Source: Octopus sinensis
Taxonomy: Eukaryota
Reading direction: 5' to 3'
DNA length: 64,000 bases
NCBI RefSeq assembly: GCF_006345805.1
Contig: NC_042999.1
Location: forward strand, 121,954,001-122,018,000
A program made the translations under genes and the position numbers. The notes beneath the pieces were generated by a model. It made no database searches. It had not been told where the DNA came from and saw only the letters and a program-made list of their open reading frames with translations. Positions 49,069 to 62,009 of this stretch are shown here, one piece after another (the stretch's first letter is position 1; every line of letters starts with the position of its first letter).

Positions 49069-52000
49069 TCCCCTTTTGATAAAAGAAATAAGAATGAAAG
49101 GTTAGGACTGTCGTAAAATTACAAATACAATCTGTTAAGAGAAGGAAAACAAGCAATAAGATGGATTATACCATTACTGCACAAACATGGACACATGCAC
49201 ACATGCACTCAATCGCAAAGTTTGCTATTCCAGACATTAAGCATAGCTACACACCAAAGAAATACATTCACTCCTTACTTGCTCACAACCATGCACACAC
49301 AGACTCACATGCTCACATACATCCTGAAAAATATGACTATAGTTACAGAATGCTGGAGACTAACATGGGGTAATGAGGCATGTCACTGAAATAATCACAA
49401 ATGATAATGAATGGACTCTGGCAAATCAGTTTATGAATCAAAGAATCGATTAGTTAATTGATCAACTAGTTGACTGATAGTAATAAAAAGAAGTGAAATA
49501 GAACCAGTGTATGTATTTCTTGTTGACAAAATGAATCTTTCAAGATGCAACAACAACTATTTTAGCACATTCACAAAAAGAATTTTGCAAAACAAATACA
49601 AAAACAAAATATTCTTTGATACACTTTGCATTCACCAACATATCCAACTGTAGCCCAGAAGCCTGCTATGTCTTTTATACAGCAATCATAATAGCCATCG
49701 CACCTAGCTGGTTTCATGTTATTTTCACACAGGTACTACAAATTCACATGTCCCTTTACTTCTTGTTACCCACATCATGCCTCTACATACACCTTTTCCA
49801 TCTCCATCAACTAACAACTGTTCAATTGGAGCATTAATCATAGTCTTACTTTTCTAAAAGAGTCTACAAAGACCATGAGCTTAGTCTCTTCCTCAAGAAT
49901 AAATCACTAGAAATATCTACAGATTACTCAAGTCATTGAAGTACTGAATCTATTGTTTCGAATGCAGCTGGATTTAGAAACACAACCCTTTATGACAATT
50001 CAAACAGATAATTTTATATAATGCAAACAGCTGTTCATGAAAGTTGTGATTATTTTTGTGTTTTGACTGTTGAAGTGAATGGATGTTTTAGCTTTTATTG
50101 TATGCAGAATGCCCATTACTCTACAGAATACAACATTCCTTCTTAGTTTACTTTCAAAAGGAATTTTTCTCAGAATCATATGCATGAAGGATGTTTTTCA
50201 ATTGAATTCTATTTCAGAGGCAGAAGTTCAAACATGAACTTATTTAAGCATTTTAGATTTATGTGTGCAATATCAAATTTGGAATAAATATAAAAGAAAT
50301 ATTTTAAGAAACATTTTATTTGCCTCTTATTTTTAACAAAATCACATCAAATTTAGAAATTTTAAAAATAATCCTTGTGAGATTAGAAAATTGGATATCG
50401 AAAAGCATTTCTAGCTTTGCTTTAAAAGTTTTTATGTTTCAACCTCCACAGAAGACATTGAACCCAACCAATAAAGGACCATAAGTTCAACCTAGCTAGA
50501 TTTCTGTTAGTCTGAGTACATTTTTTTTTTTGCCTAGTATTTTTTCCAAGCCAACATCAGAATTAAATAACTTGATTGTGTATATTTGAGCATTAGTTTA
50601 TAGTGTAAAAGGTAAATTATACAACCAGCGATAGAACATATTCAATTTTCTTTTTTTCTGTATGTTCTCCTTAGGATATGTAACCTTAAACTAGTTCAAA
50701 ACCCTAGTTATAATTATTTTTTGTATATAAATAGTTAATTATTATGTGTCATCATGTATTACATATAGAGAAAATTAACTAAAAATATTAGTCATAGCAA
50801 TTTGTAATTAGGGACACTTGTTTTCAAATACACAAAGGTGTTTGCATTTTTGCCACTGTTCATATAATACTACTTTTAAAAAGTTAGAATGAGGTTAAGG
50901 GCAATGCCTTCTTAGCCTTTCTGCTCTAGTGAAACCTTTATGGTTGACGTTCAGATTAGATACCTATTGGTCATTAACTACAGGGAGTTCCAGTGAATTA
51001 CAGAGAAAGAGGGAATGGAAGTCTGCTAAGAAAGGGGTTTAATTGGTGAGGCAGCAGAGATGACAAGAGGAAGAAAGCTATGTTTTTATGAAAGAGGTTG
51101 TGAAATATATAAATACTTATAAACACTAATTTTAATCTTTCTCACAATGAATATTTATACTTTTAGCGAACAAAATGTTTTGATACTTTCTGTTTTGGAT
51201 AAAGTTTGCTTTAAGTATTTATAGTTTGAATTTTAATCTTCAGGAAAAAAAATGTAAAAGTGAAATTGCAATAAAATTGTGCCACAACAGTACCAATTAA
51301 AAGAGATATATGACATAAAAATTTCTAACTGAAGCGGATGAAGGGAAAACAAAAATTTGAATGGATAACAAAATCTATAAAAACTATAAAACAATTAGTA
51401 TTAAAGAAAGTTATTGCCATGTGGTAGAAATAAAAAAGAATTTTGACAGTTATAAACATGAATTAGATGATCTCACTAACTTTGAGAAATGTATTGTAAA
51501 TGAATATCCTCATGTACTGACAAAATGTTTTGTCATAGTTAGATCGTTAAATTAAAATGTGAAACAGAATCAGCTTATAAATATCTGAAAAGCTTTCATG
51601 AAATTATATATTTACCATCTCATAAGTCATGTTCTCCAAAACGATAAACAAAAATCTAGTTTGATTAAGGGGAACCAGGAAAATATATGATTTTTTTATG
51701 TCAATTTGTTTAGTGGTTTATTTGAAATTAGATCCAGATGGTAGCCGGGAAATTTAAATAATGCATGAATAATGATATTTATGATTTTTAGATCCTACAA
51801 ATATATGAATGACAGATTATTTTGGGCATGCTATTTTATATAAAATATTTTGTCATGTAAAGCTATTCTTAGAGATTTAATTTTATGTCTAAATCATGCT
51901 CTTTTCAAGAACTAATAAAGGGCATACCAATTACAAGACAACAATCACATTCTCAAAATGGATTTTATACCAAATCAACAATACACTGCATGTCTTTTAT

Positions 52001-55000
52001 ATATGTGTGTGCAAAGATATAATATGAATGTGGGTTCAAACATTCTGGTTCACAACCATTTGGTTTCAGGTTTGGTACTCATATATGCAAATTAACCAAT
52101 AGCTGGGACCCTGACAGGTATTGCTACTCTGGATCAGTGTAGACCTGGGATCAACAGTTCCACTCTCTCAAAACACCTGAAACTCCCAAACCTGATGCAG
52201 TTTAAAATCATACCTAGGACATGTGTATGTGTATATATGTGCATGCATGTGTGTGTATGAGTTTATTCTTGGTTTATATTTTGAATTTTTTACCAATCTA
52301 GGTAGTGGCAGTTTCTAGCCAAGAAACAAGGAATTTAGACAATGCCATACAGAGAATTTTTGTGTGTATATTTGTGTATGTATGTATGCATGCAAGGGCA
52401 CATATATACATTTATGCATGTATGTGTATATATGTATGCACACATATACACAGAGGCACAGGCCTGGATGTCATTGCATATGATGAATTTCATGAATGTT
52501 TGATATATTTTGTCAGCACCTTGACAGTTTGTGATTGTAATGCTCTGATTAAGCACCTTCATTCAGGTTTTGTGAAGTAGGTCTGTCCATGTCTGTGTTC
52601 TCAACATTTAAAAACTGGTGTTGTTTTTGTCCTGCAAATTAACAATCCACCAAATAGATATTTGTTTAAGATTAGCATCAGACTGAAGTAAGTCCTTATT
52701 TACTTCATGGACAATTACATTTGCATGTCTTTATGACAGGTTTGTTCAATCAGACTGACCTTTTGTTAAACAACAGCAACTATAAAGGATTTCCCCTAAT
52801 GAATAATCCTCTACGTCTGTAAAGTTTAATCCTTTCTCTATCATTTACTCACTCATCTTTTGCTAGCTCACCTATAATCTCATTTAAAAATATACACTTA
52901 ATAATCATTATGTATGAAAGCTTGCATCACTACCAAAACACTATCTTTAAGATAGCATGTTAGCACTTGTATTTCATTTTGAAATTGGTGTTTACACAAT
53001 ATTTAATAGTTTCCTTCAGCTGTGTTATATAAAAGAAAAAATAAATAATAAATATAACTAGTAGCACTTTCTGAAGTAAGATCTCAATCATGAAATTGAA
53101 AATATAGACTATTATAACAGTGGAAAAATATTTTGAAAAAATAAAATATTTATGATATACATAATCTTTTAGTCTAGGATGAAACAAAAGAAGATATGAT
53201 TTGTATATTACTGATAGGGTTTTCAGACATTATGTTCATGTTCCTGTCTGCCTATGTTATTGGTTCAAGAATGTTATATCTAACATTATTTCTTCAGTTA
53301 AACCCATTATATTCCTCATTTTTCTGAAAATCAAATGCTATCTTAGCTCATTTACTATAATCTGATATGAAAGAAAATCAGATAGATATTTACTACACGA
53401 TGGGAAGCAACTAAAATTTGAAAGAGTATTTCTAGTCACATGCAATTTTTTTCTGAAATATGCTATTTTAAATGACTATGGTTTTTGGATCATTTTGACT
53501 AAGAGATTAAGTGATAAAGATATTTTCTAGGATTGAAAATAGATTACAACTATGCCAAAATATACATTAAAGCAATCTAAAAAGAATACAGATGCAATAT
53601 GGAAAATTGTACAGTAAATACCTAAACAAAATTGTAAGAAACGTAGTTGAGATAAACTAATATTGAATTTTGAAACATAACACATTTATTTCTCAATGGA
53701 AAACAGTGATAAATAAAATGTTCAACCTAGTTTTCATTCAAAATTTGTATCTTTCCATTTCGTGTAGTGATATTTTCACAATAAGTATAACTATCATAAC
53801 TTTTGTTTTACTCCACAATAAAGTTAGAGCTTAGTAACTTGCTTACTTCATCTTCCTAAAACTAATGCAATATTAAAATGTTTACCATCCTCTATATCCA
53901 CATTGCCATTACTCATATGACCAATATTGTTTCGACACATACACGCATATTGTTAAGGTTTTTAAAGATAGGATTAACGATCCCTTTAATAAATCTGATT
54001 GAATTTTCTCATGTTCTTTCTCAGTTTTGTCCAATGCACTCTGTTTAAAATCAATTAGTGACTTCCATTCATAACATATTTCATTTATTAACATTTTAGA
54101 GACTTGAAATTTAATTTTACATTTCTTTTTCACCAAAGCTCTCTTCTTATTTCAAATGTCTATGACAAAGGCTTCTTGTAATAGTCATTACATGTATATC
54201 CATAACAAGATAAAGAGATGATGTTCAGATACGCATCTTGTGTGCTTAATATGGGTTTACTTTCAGAAAACACAGTTGACTTTTACTAGTTATTCAACTA
54301 GTATGAATTTTAATTTTATTACAGTGAATCACAATGCATCATTATTAAATATTTTCCCTTGGTTAAAATTAGTATCAAATGAAGCAAGTTTGAACCAGGT
54401 TATGACCTAAACACTTACAGAGCTCTCATACTCTGCATAGTTCAAAAACTTAAAGTACAAGAATTTCATACATATCAAAGGAATACAATTCTCTACTCAA
54501 CAAAACCTTCCCTACTGCATTCCATTCCCACTTAAACCTCTGAACTCATTTCACTGCATTTTTTTTGTCTCCCCATTCCCTCTTTCATTAGATCCTGAAA
54601 AAGAGCTCTATATATAGTCTTTTATTTAGAGAAGCTATGTAATCTTTAACCTTTTAAAACCTTTTTAATTAAATCACATTTCCTCACTTGTATAAGCTGA
54701 TGATTACAAGTAGTATCTTTCATCCAGAGATACAATAATGAAAAAATTTACAAGTTCATATCAAAATAGATGTATTGATTCATTTTCATGATGATAAATT
54801 GCCATTATATCCAAATCCAGATTGTTAAAAGTGATCTAGAATGCTGTGCCAAACTGAATTCATCTTTGCAAATGTCAAATTTACTTTCTCTAATATTGCT
54901 TGACTTAATTTATTTTAATCTGTATCATTTATCTTTTACTTGTTTTAGTCATTAGACTGCAGCCATGCTAGGGCGCTGTCTTGAAGAATTTTAGTTGATC

Positions 55001-55639
55001 TTATCAACCCTACTACTTATTAGTTTTTGTAAAGGCTGATATTTATTTTATCAGTCTCTTTTGCCAAACCACTAAGTTATGGGGGCATAAACATGAAAAA
55101 GCATATAGTAAATGCACAAACGCAGGGTGCACAGACACAGGGTGGCAAGTTAAAAAACATTAATTGCACAGACGAAGAGAAAACATATATTGAATGCACA
55201 GGTGAACAAAACACAGACACAGAAGGTCCCTAATTCATCATCAAAAATTGACCAGAGAGTAATGACGCAATTTTGTGCCTTTAACTATCAGATTACATCC
55301 CAGCTGGAGGCATCCACAAGAGTTGGACACAATACTGGACTGAGAACAAACAATACATGGATAACAAGTGATACAAAAGTAGATATATGAAAATGAATAA
55401 ATGTCAGATGATGGATGAAGAACAAAGACGAAATAAATAAAAAAACAAACAGAATGCAGCTTTAAAGCCAGATAAAGATGAAGCACGGGTAATGCCAAGA
55501 GGGAAATCTTAAAGGATTGGAAATAGAAGGGTGATAAAGTTTGAGACAGGCTGAAGTGGAGACCAGACAATTTGACTGGTCACCTCAGTGACTGGTGTAA
55601 AAAGAGAAAGAAAAAAGGGGTTGACGGTGGTGAAAGGAA

Positions 55640-55950
55640 CAAATGCACACACACACACACACACACACATATATGTGTGTGTGTCTATATACATGCATAT
55701 GTGTATGTGTATACAACCTTCAACAAAGTAACAGTCATGTATGCAACAGATACATATCAGGACATAAACATATGTTCACATGTACATACACATCTCCTAA
55801 ATCCTCACATACATACATAAGTACATACGTACATACATACATGCGTATAGGCATGCATATGCATGTACACATATACATATGCACATACATGTACACACAT
55901 ACATATGCACATACATACATACATACACACACACATACGTACATATATAT
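55640..55950. repeat. (CA)/(TG)/(TACA) alternating purine-pyrimidine low-complexity tract
   Basis: Direct reading; explains ORFs 55509-55960. Confidence 0.9.
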
Positions 55951-56120
55951 CATGAACTAACTGTTACTTTCTCAGATGCAGCATAGAATTTTGTCAGTGA
56001 ACAGGTTGCAATCTCAAAGCGACGAAAATATTTTGACAAATTAAATCTAAAATGTTGAAGTGAATCTAACGGATTTTGTGTGTTTCTTAAATGGCTTATA
56101 AACACCTTCCACGCTGCAAT

Positions 56121-56125
<5 letters not shown>
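55951..56125 (+). mobile_element. Short (TA)n-embedded element carrying a hammerhead-like fold; probable Penelope-like terminal fragment
   Basis: 175 bp of CpG-retaining sequence between ACATATATAT and a long pure (TA)n tract starting at 56126. Confidence 0.6.
55990..56040 (+). ncRNA. Minimal type I hammerhead ribozyme variant with G3:C8 core swap
   Basis: RNA: UUUGUCA-GUGAACA-G-GUUGC(AAUCUCAAA)GCGAC-GAAA-AUAUUU-UGACAAA. 7-bp stem I, 5-bp stem II (one G-U), palindromic zero-loop stem III (AAUAUU); core GUGAACA is CUGANGA with C3 and G8 exchanged. Confidence 0.6.
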
Positions 56126-56181
<56 letters not shown>

Positions 56182-56634
56182 CAGTGAGAGAGAGAGAGAT
56201 GAATATTCATATGTATGTAGGTGTGTACACTCATCCACATGTAATTTTAAATTAAACTCCAAAATTCATTAGTAATTGTAGTATAGACAGCTGCTTGTCT
56301 TCTTAGCTATTTGATGAAATTCAAAGAAATCTCAATATAGAAAATGCTATTATTCATAAATCTAAATTCTTGAATAATGTATTAATAATAGACGTTTGCA
56401 ATAATTAGATGGCCATGTAAAATTGTGGAGTGGTAAAATCATAGTGCTGTTCTAAATTCTTTACAATATATGAAACTATTGCTCCATATTCTAAGTTCAA
56501 ATTCTACCAGAGTTGAACTATGTTTTTATGACCCAAGTCAAAGAAACAATTTCTAGACATGTTCCGGTTTCAATTCAGATAACTGTACTACATTCCTAAA
56601 ATTATGTGCTCTTCTACCAATGCTGTTGCTGAGA

Positions 56635-56966
56635 CTCCCTTTGGTCATGACTGACCGTGGGATTGCACCTAGAAAGTTACCCTCCCAGGCACAAGTCCGG
56701 GCATGATTGTTTATGGAAGACCAGCAGTCACCCATGCATACCAGCCTCCCTTCTCCACGCCACCAGTGTTATCCAAGGGAAAGGCAACAGCCGATACAGC
56801 TTGGCACCTGTGATGTTGCAACTCATTTCTACAGCTGAGTGAACTGGAGCAATGTGAAATAAAGTGTCTTGCTCAAGATCACAACATGCAGCCCGGTCCG
56901 GGATTCGAACTCACAACCTCACGATTGTAAGCTTAACACTCTAACCACTGAGCCATGCGCCTTCAC
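56635..56966 (-). mobile_element. tRNA-derived SINE (family C), well preserved
   Basis: rc head GTGAAGGCGCATGGCTCAGTGGTTAGAGTGTTAAGCTTACAATCGTGAGGTTGTGAGTTCGAATCCCGG; colinear with 13222-13573. Confidence 0.9.
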
Positions 56967-57269
56967 TCTGCCAATGTAAGCATTCAGTAATATTAGGCAG
57001 TAAGTCTATGGTTAGACAAAATCACAAATGCTATTTCAGTTTAAGTGGGGGTCAATTTAGTGATCATTATCATTGTTATAAAAGCAGCAAGCTAGCTGAA
57101 TTGGTATGTCATTGACAAAAATGCTTTGAAGTATTTGTTCTAGTTTTTTAAATCCTTCCACAGACAATAAAATAAAGTACTAGTCGAGAACTGGGGTGGA
57201 TGGTATTGACTAACCTCCTCTCTCTACAAAACTACTGGCCTTGTGCCTGAATTATAAATTTTCTTTTTT

Positions 57270-57500
57270 CTTTTTATCATTTACTTGTTTCATTCATTGG
57301 ACTGAAACCCTGAGGAGGCAATGATTTGATGGGCTTTTAGTTGAATAAATTAACCCTAGTACATTTTTTTTTAGTCTGGCACTTATTCTATCAGCTTCTT
57401 TTGCTGAACTGCTAAGTTACAGGGATATAAACAAGCCAACTCTAATTATTGAGCGATGATAGTGGGGAACAATTGCAACAACAAAGATACATAAAGACAT
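57270..57500 (-). mobile_element. Family B SINE 3' part, degenerate
   Basis: TTTACTTGTTTCATTCATTGGACTG...CTTATTCTATCAGCTTCTTTTGCTGAACTGCTAAGTTAC matches the rc of 26150-26324. Confidence 0.65.
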
Positions 57501-57523
57501 GCACACATGCTCACATGTGTGTG

Positions 57524-57565
<42 letters not shown>

Positions 57566-57685
57566 AACACATATATGGACATACATACATATATGTATAT
57601 ATATAGATATAGATATACACACATTCATATATATATATACATCTTAAAATGAGGTAGTTTTGATGAAGTGCTGTAAGGTATAACT

Positions 57686-57916
57686 TTAAAGAATGTAGTT
57701 ATGTAAGGCTGAAACAATAAAAATGGCAGAAGGTACAATATAAACTCTGAGCAAAAAGCTTTTTCAACTACTTTTTCAAATGTCCTGAAGAAGGGGTGTT
57801 CAACCCAAAATATAAAAATACAAGGTAAAGCTGCAACTTTTTTGTTTTCTTTTCCTTTTGTAGCTTCCTTCATATCTTCTTACATTGCTCTGGCCTTACA
57901 CAACTACATTCTTTAA
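57686..57916. mobile_element. 231-bp element bounded by 33-bp inverted repeats, containing a decayed hammerhead core
   Basis: Arms 57686-57718 (TTAAAGAATGTAGTTATGTAAGGCTGAAACAAT) and 57884-57916 match at 28/33; internal CTGAAGA-A-GGG(GTGTTCAA)CCC-AAAATAT at 57785-57813. Confidence 0.5.
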
Positions 57917-57950
<34 letters not shown>

Positions 57951-58264
57951 CATGCAATGGTTTTTGGTAAGCAGCATCCATTTTTACAATTCTTTAAATA
58001 ATAATAATTGTATTTTATAAGCTTAAAGCTTATAAGTGATCATTATGCAATGACTAAAGAAAATAGTCTACTAATGAGGAGAAAAATTAGGTTTTCCTAT
58101 ATGCATGGGAAACATGGAAAGCGGACGTTAAATGATGATGATGATGATGATGATGATATATGCAATAAGTTTAGTCTGAGGCTTGCCCAGTGTGTCACAC
58201 AGTTGGACTGAACCTCAGACCATTTGCTTTCAAAGTGTGCTTTTGACACGGCTGTATCTGGAAG

Positions 58265-58860
58265 AATTGTTAGCATGCCACACTAAATGCTTGGCAGCAT
58301 TTCTTTCAGATTTACATCCTGAGTTCAAATTCTGCTACAGTTGACTTTGCCTTTCATCCTTTTGGGTTAGATAAAGCAAGAACTAGTTGAGTACTTTGGT
58401 TGATGTAATTGAAGATCCTCTTCAACCTAAAATTTCAGTCCTTGTACATATAGTAGAAAGAATTATTGCTGTTGTTGTTATAATAAAGGCTGAATTATGG
58501 CACCTAACTTCCTAGAATGCAGCCCCTTGATTATTATGTGTTGGGTGCAGTTAAGCTTTGAAATTTTGGCAGTACTTGTTTGGGCTCTGTACATTCTGCT
58601 TTGCAGTTCAAATCCCACCAAAGTCAACTTTGTCTTTCACTTTCGTCCTTTTAGGATCATTAAAATAAAAAGCAGCCTGAGATTGTTGGAATCAGCTAAA
58701 ATTTGCTGGCAAAACAATTATTATTATTGATTATTATGACAGCAAGGAGGAAGAAGAGTTGATTAAATCAGCCTTAGTGCTAGACTAGTATTTGTTGTTT
58801 TTTTTACTCTAAAATAGCAAAAGTAGTGTTGACCTTGGGGAAATTTAAATTAAGAAACTT
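58265..58860. mobile_element. Cluster of degenerate family A SINEs (two +, one -)
   Basis: GAGTTCAAATTCTGC...GACTTTGCCTTTCATCC at 58320, GTTCAAATCCCACCAAAGTCAACTTTG at 58605, rc match at 58750-58860. Confidence 0.6.
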
Positions 58861-59049
58861 AATGGATACAAGTAAATACTGTGAAAAATATGCTCAGGTT
58901 GGATTCTGCTTTCAAACAATTGTTTATTATCATCATTTTTCTCATGCTACATATAAAATACTGGACAAAAGTCATTACACACAACAATTCCTTTTCCATT
59001 TTATTATACAGTTTTTTTCAAGGGATATATGATCTACTTGAAAGCATTA

Positions 59050-59570
59050 TCTTTTTAGCTACACATATGGAAGATTTAGTTGATAATTTTTAAACCTTTG
59101 AGCCTGGTTTCACATTTGCCTTTCCTTATAGCATTTTATGTTCACAAAAAAACTTCTTGTGCATGCATTCCATATTTTTGCTGTTTTGATTTCCAGATCT
59201 TTGTATTCAGGTTATTTTTTTCTATTTACTTCCTTGAGATATTATCAACCATTAGGCAAAGCACATCAATCAGGCCTGGAAATTTTGTATTTTATGACAA
59301 TATTAAGCTTGGTTAGCTCCCATATTCCTATTTACATTAAATTACATATTGCAGTGAATCATAAGGCTTTTATTTTCCTAAACAGATTCTGGTCTATGCT
59401 TATTCAATATTTTTTTTCTTTGCATATTTCATTGGCAATAGGCAGAATACATCTCCTGATATATTCTAATGTAGAGTATTCAGATACAATAGAGCTGGAA
59501 GCTTCATTAAACTTCTGTTTATTACAGGGTAGAATTCCATATCACAGGAATCTGTTGATGGTCTCTGCAC
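59050..59570 (-). mobile_element. Decayed 3' end of a restriction-like-endonuclease LINE
   Basis: rc reads KISRPD...VDNISRK*IEKI/EYKDLEIKTAKIWN, resembling RPD...D.NI..KE.EKI.KY.DL..EI.R.W; very degenerate. Confidence 0.45.
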
Positions 59571-59602
59571 TGAGTAACAATATCACTTTTTTCCTTCTGT
59601 TA

Positions 59603-59981
59603 TCTCTCTCTATATAAATGGCAGTTTGTCTGTGCGTTTTCTGTGTGTCTGTTTGCTTGTACCCTCACCCTGACCACGGCTTTCAACCGATTCTGATGAA
59701 ACTTGACACACACATAGCCCAATGTCATAATTCAAAACTAACACAGCAAAAATTTTGAAAAGTTCCCCCAGTTTTGAAAAAAATCGATAAATTCGACATG
59801 GGGTCGAGAATCAGAAACACAAACCGCAAACTGTCTAGGGGACGCAACTCCACCTTTTTTAACTAAAAAAATTTACCATCATTTTTTTCCATTTTTTTTC
59901 TATTTTTTGGCTATAACTCTCTAAAAATGCTTTATAGTTATTTCCCTTACAAACCTGAGCAACGCCGGGCGATACTGCTAG
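59603..59981 (+). mobile_element. Non-autonomous Helitron
   Basis: Inserted between A (59602) and T (59982); 5' TC terminus (TCTCTCTCTATATAAATGG), subterminal hairpin CCTGAGCAACGCCGGG (59954-59969), 3' CTAG terminus; no TSD. Confidence 0.85.
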
Positions 59982-60540
59982 TCACTCTCATAAAAAAATG
60001 CTAAGGCCAAGATTAACTTTACCTGTCATGAACTTTCCTATACAAATTACTACACTTTGATTTCATATGTGAAGGCACTTCTATAATGTCTACTTGGAAA
60101 TCCTTGGCATTGAGCTGTAATTACCGGGCTTCATTTTAGTTTCTACTTATAACACTGGCATTTATCCCAATCTAGTTTGCCAATCTATATAGGGCAATTG
60201 TTCCTGGAGGGGATTTAGTGTTCTTGTAGTGTTCATATTCTTTGTCTTGTATTACATCTGTGCCTTCTGGTTTCTAAGTGCATTATAGTTGTTTGAATTT
60301 GTATGTATGAATATGTGTTTAGTAGTATTAATTCTATCATATATGTTTGAAATTCTTTGTATAGATTTTATTTTTGATGTTTTTCACTATTTCTTAATGA
60401 ATGTCTTGCCTTTTTCATATAGTAGTTATCTTATCGCATTGTGAAGATTTCATTGAAAATCTCTTGGGTTTAACCATGTTGTCCTTTGATGTCACATAAT
60501 TTAAATTCTGTTTCATGTTATTAATATGAGTATTATTCAT

Positions 60541-60745
60541 TAGGTGGCAAGCTAGCAGGCTGGATGAAATGCTTAGTTGTATTTCACCTGTTGCTACATT
60601 TTGTGTTCAAATTCCGCCGAGGTTGACTTTGCTTTTCATCCTTTCTTGGTTGATAAATTAAGTGCCAGTGAAACACGAGGATTGATATAATCAACTAGTC
60701 CCCTCCTGCCAACTTTGAGGCTTTGTGCCTCCAGTAGAAAGGATT
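60541..60745 (+). mobile_element. tRNA-derived SINE (family A)
   Basis: GTGTTCAAATTCCGCCGAGGTTGACTTTGCTTTTCATCC...GATAAATTAAGTGCCAG; colinear with 2147-2373. Confidence 0.8.
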
Positions 60746-62009
60746 AATATTATTATTACTCATCTCTGAATATACAAATTCAGTTCTATAACAGGGATAT
60801 TGTGGGTTACTGCCAAGGCTGCTAGGTTATTAATTACTTTCATTTATTTTTCAGTCTACTTAAGTCTTTTGAGTCATCTCAGCCTGACATATCTTTTCAA
60901 ATCAATTCTTTTATTTGGCATTTTAGACTTGCATGATTCTATTTCTAATTATTTTTTGTTTGATTGATTTCGCCGTTAGTGTTGTAAAGGCATCTATCTG
61001 CAATTATCCTATATTTCATTTTTGTAAAAAGTGAATATAAGAAATTTGGCAACTAATTTAGCTAATTGAATAACTTTTAACATTTCTTGTTTGTATCAGC
61101 AATGTACATGTTTATATATACACTGACTTGGACAACTTAACTTGACAGAAAAAAATATAACTGAGCTATAAAGTTTAGGATGGATAGTTTTAGGCTATTC
61201 AAATAAACAAATGGTTTACCATAGCTCAGATAATATTCTAGTCATTTTTTCAGAGTTTAGAGATATGTCGAATATATCAAAAGTTAAATAGAACAAAAGT
61301 GGTTGAGTGAATACTCTTGAAATATTTAATCTTGGAGAAAATTTAACTTAGTTGCCAGATATATAGTTTACTGCTATTTTTATTGTCCCTCTGAGCATAT
61401 AAGTTTTCATGAATCCCATAAATTACTAGTAGTAAATTCAACAACATTGATTCCAGGATCCATGAATACACACAAATATAGGCTTTTTTATTGTCAATTC
61501 ATTCAGTATGTAGATTTTTCTGAATCTCCAACTAATATATTTATTGATTGAGCCATTTGGCACTTCTCACTAACAATGCTTTATTCTATATTCTTGTTGA
61601 AAATCTATTTTCATTCTTCTAAAATCAACTGCAATTAGAAAAGAATGACCTACTGGTGAATAAGAAGGATTTATTTGATTAAAAAGCAGTTGCAAAAGAA
61701 TTCAAAGAACCTGCCTTTAATGATGCAATAGTACTGTTAGTGCTTTATATTTTTTAATATTCGATCTTTGCAACAATGAAACTACAATGATCTTCATGTT
61801 CATTGTTAGGCATTGAAATTAACATAGTATTTTCAGTTCACTGTTTTTTTCACCTTTGCAAGATTTTATATATTCATTTGTTGTTGCTTAGACCAACATC
61901 AAATTTTAGTTGAGCAACGTGCATATGATAAAAGATGTTTTGGCCTTCACCATATCATCCTTTTGAATATCCAGAATTACAAAATCTAATGCATCTTCAT
62001 ATTTTTAAG

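Noticed and set aside
50000-50185. ILRKIPFESKLRRNVVFCRVMG resembles the P5-ATPase motif [22 protein letters not shown]
   Set aside because: An in-frame stop lies four codons upstream, there is no good acceptor, and no following KGAPE motif; most likely chance.
52658-52740. 30-nt exon candidate with GTAAGT followed by a 52-nt intron candidate
   Set aside because: The acceptor is weak, the intron is very short, and the joined frame stops after five codons.
53909-54136. 75-codon ORF with coiled-coil-like KQSALDKTEKEHEKIQ
   Set aside because: No splice signals or recognisable homology; the length is within chance.
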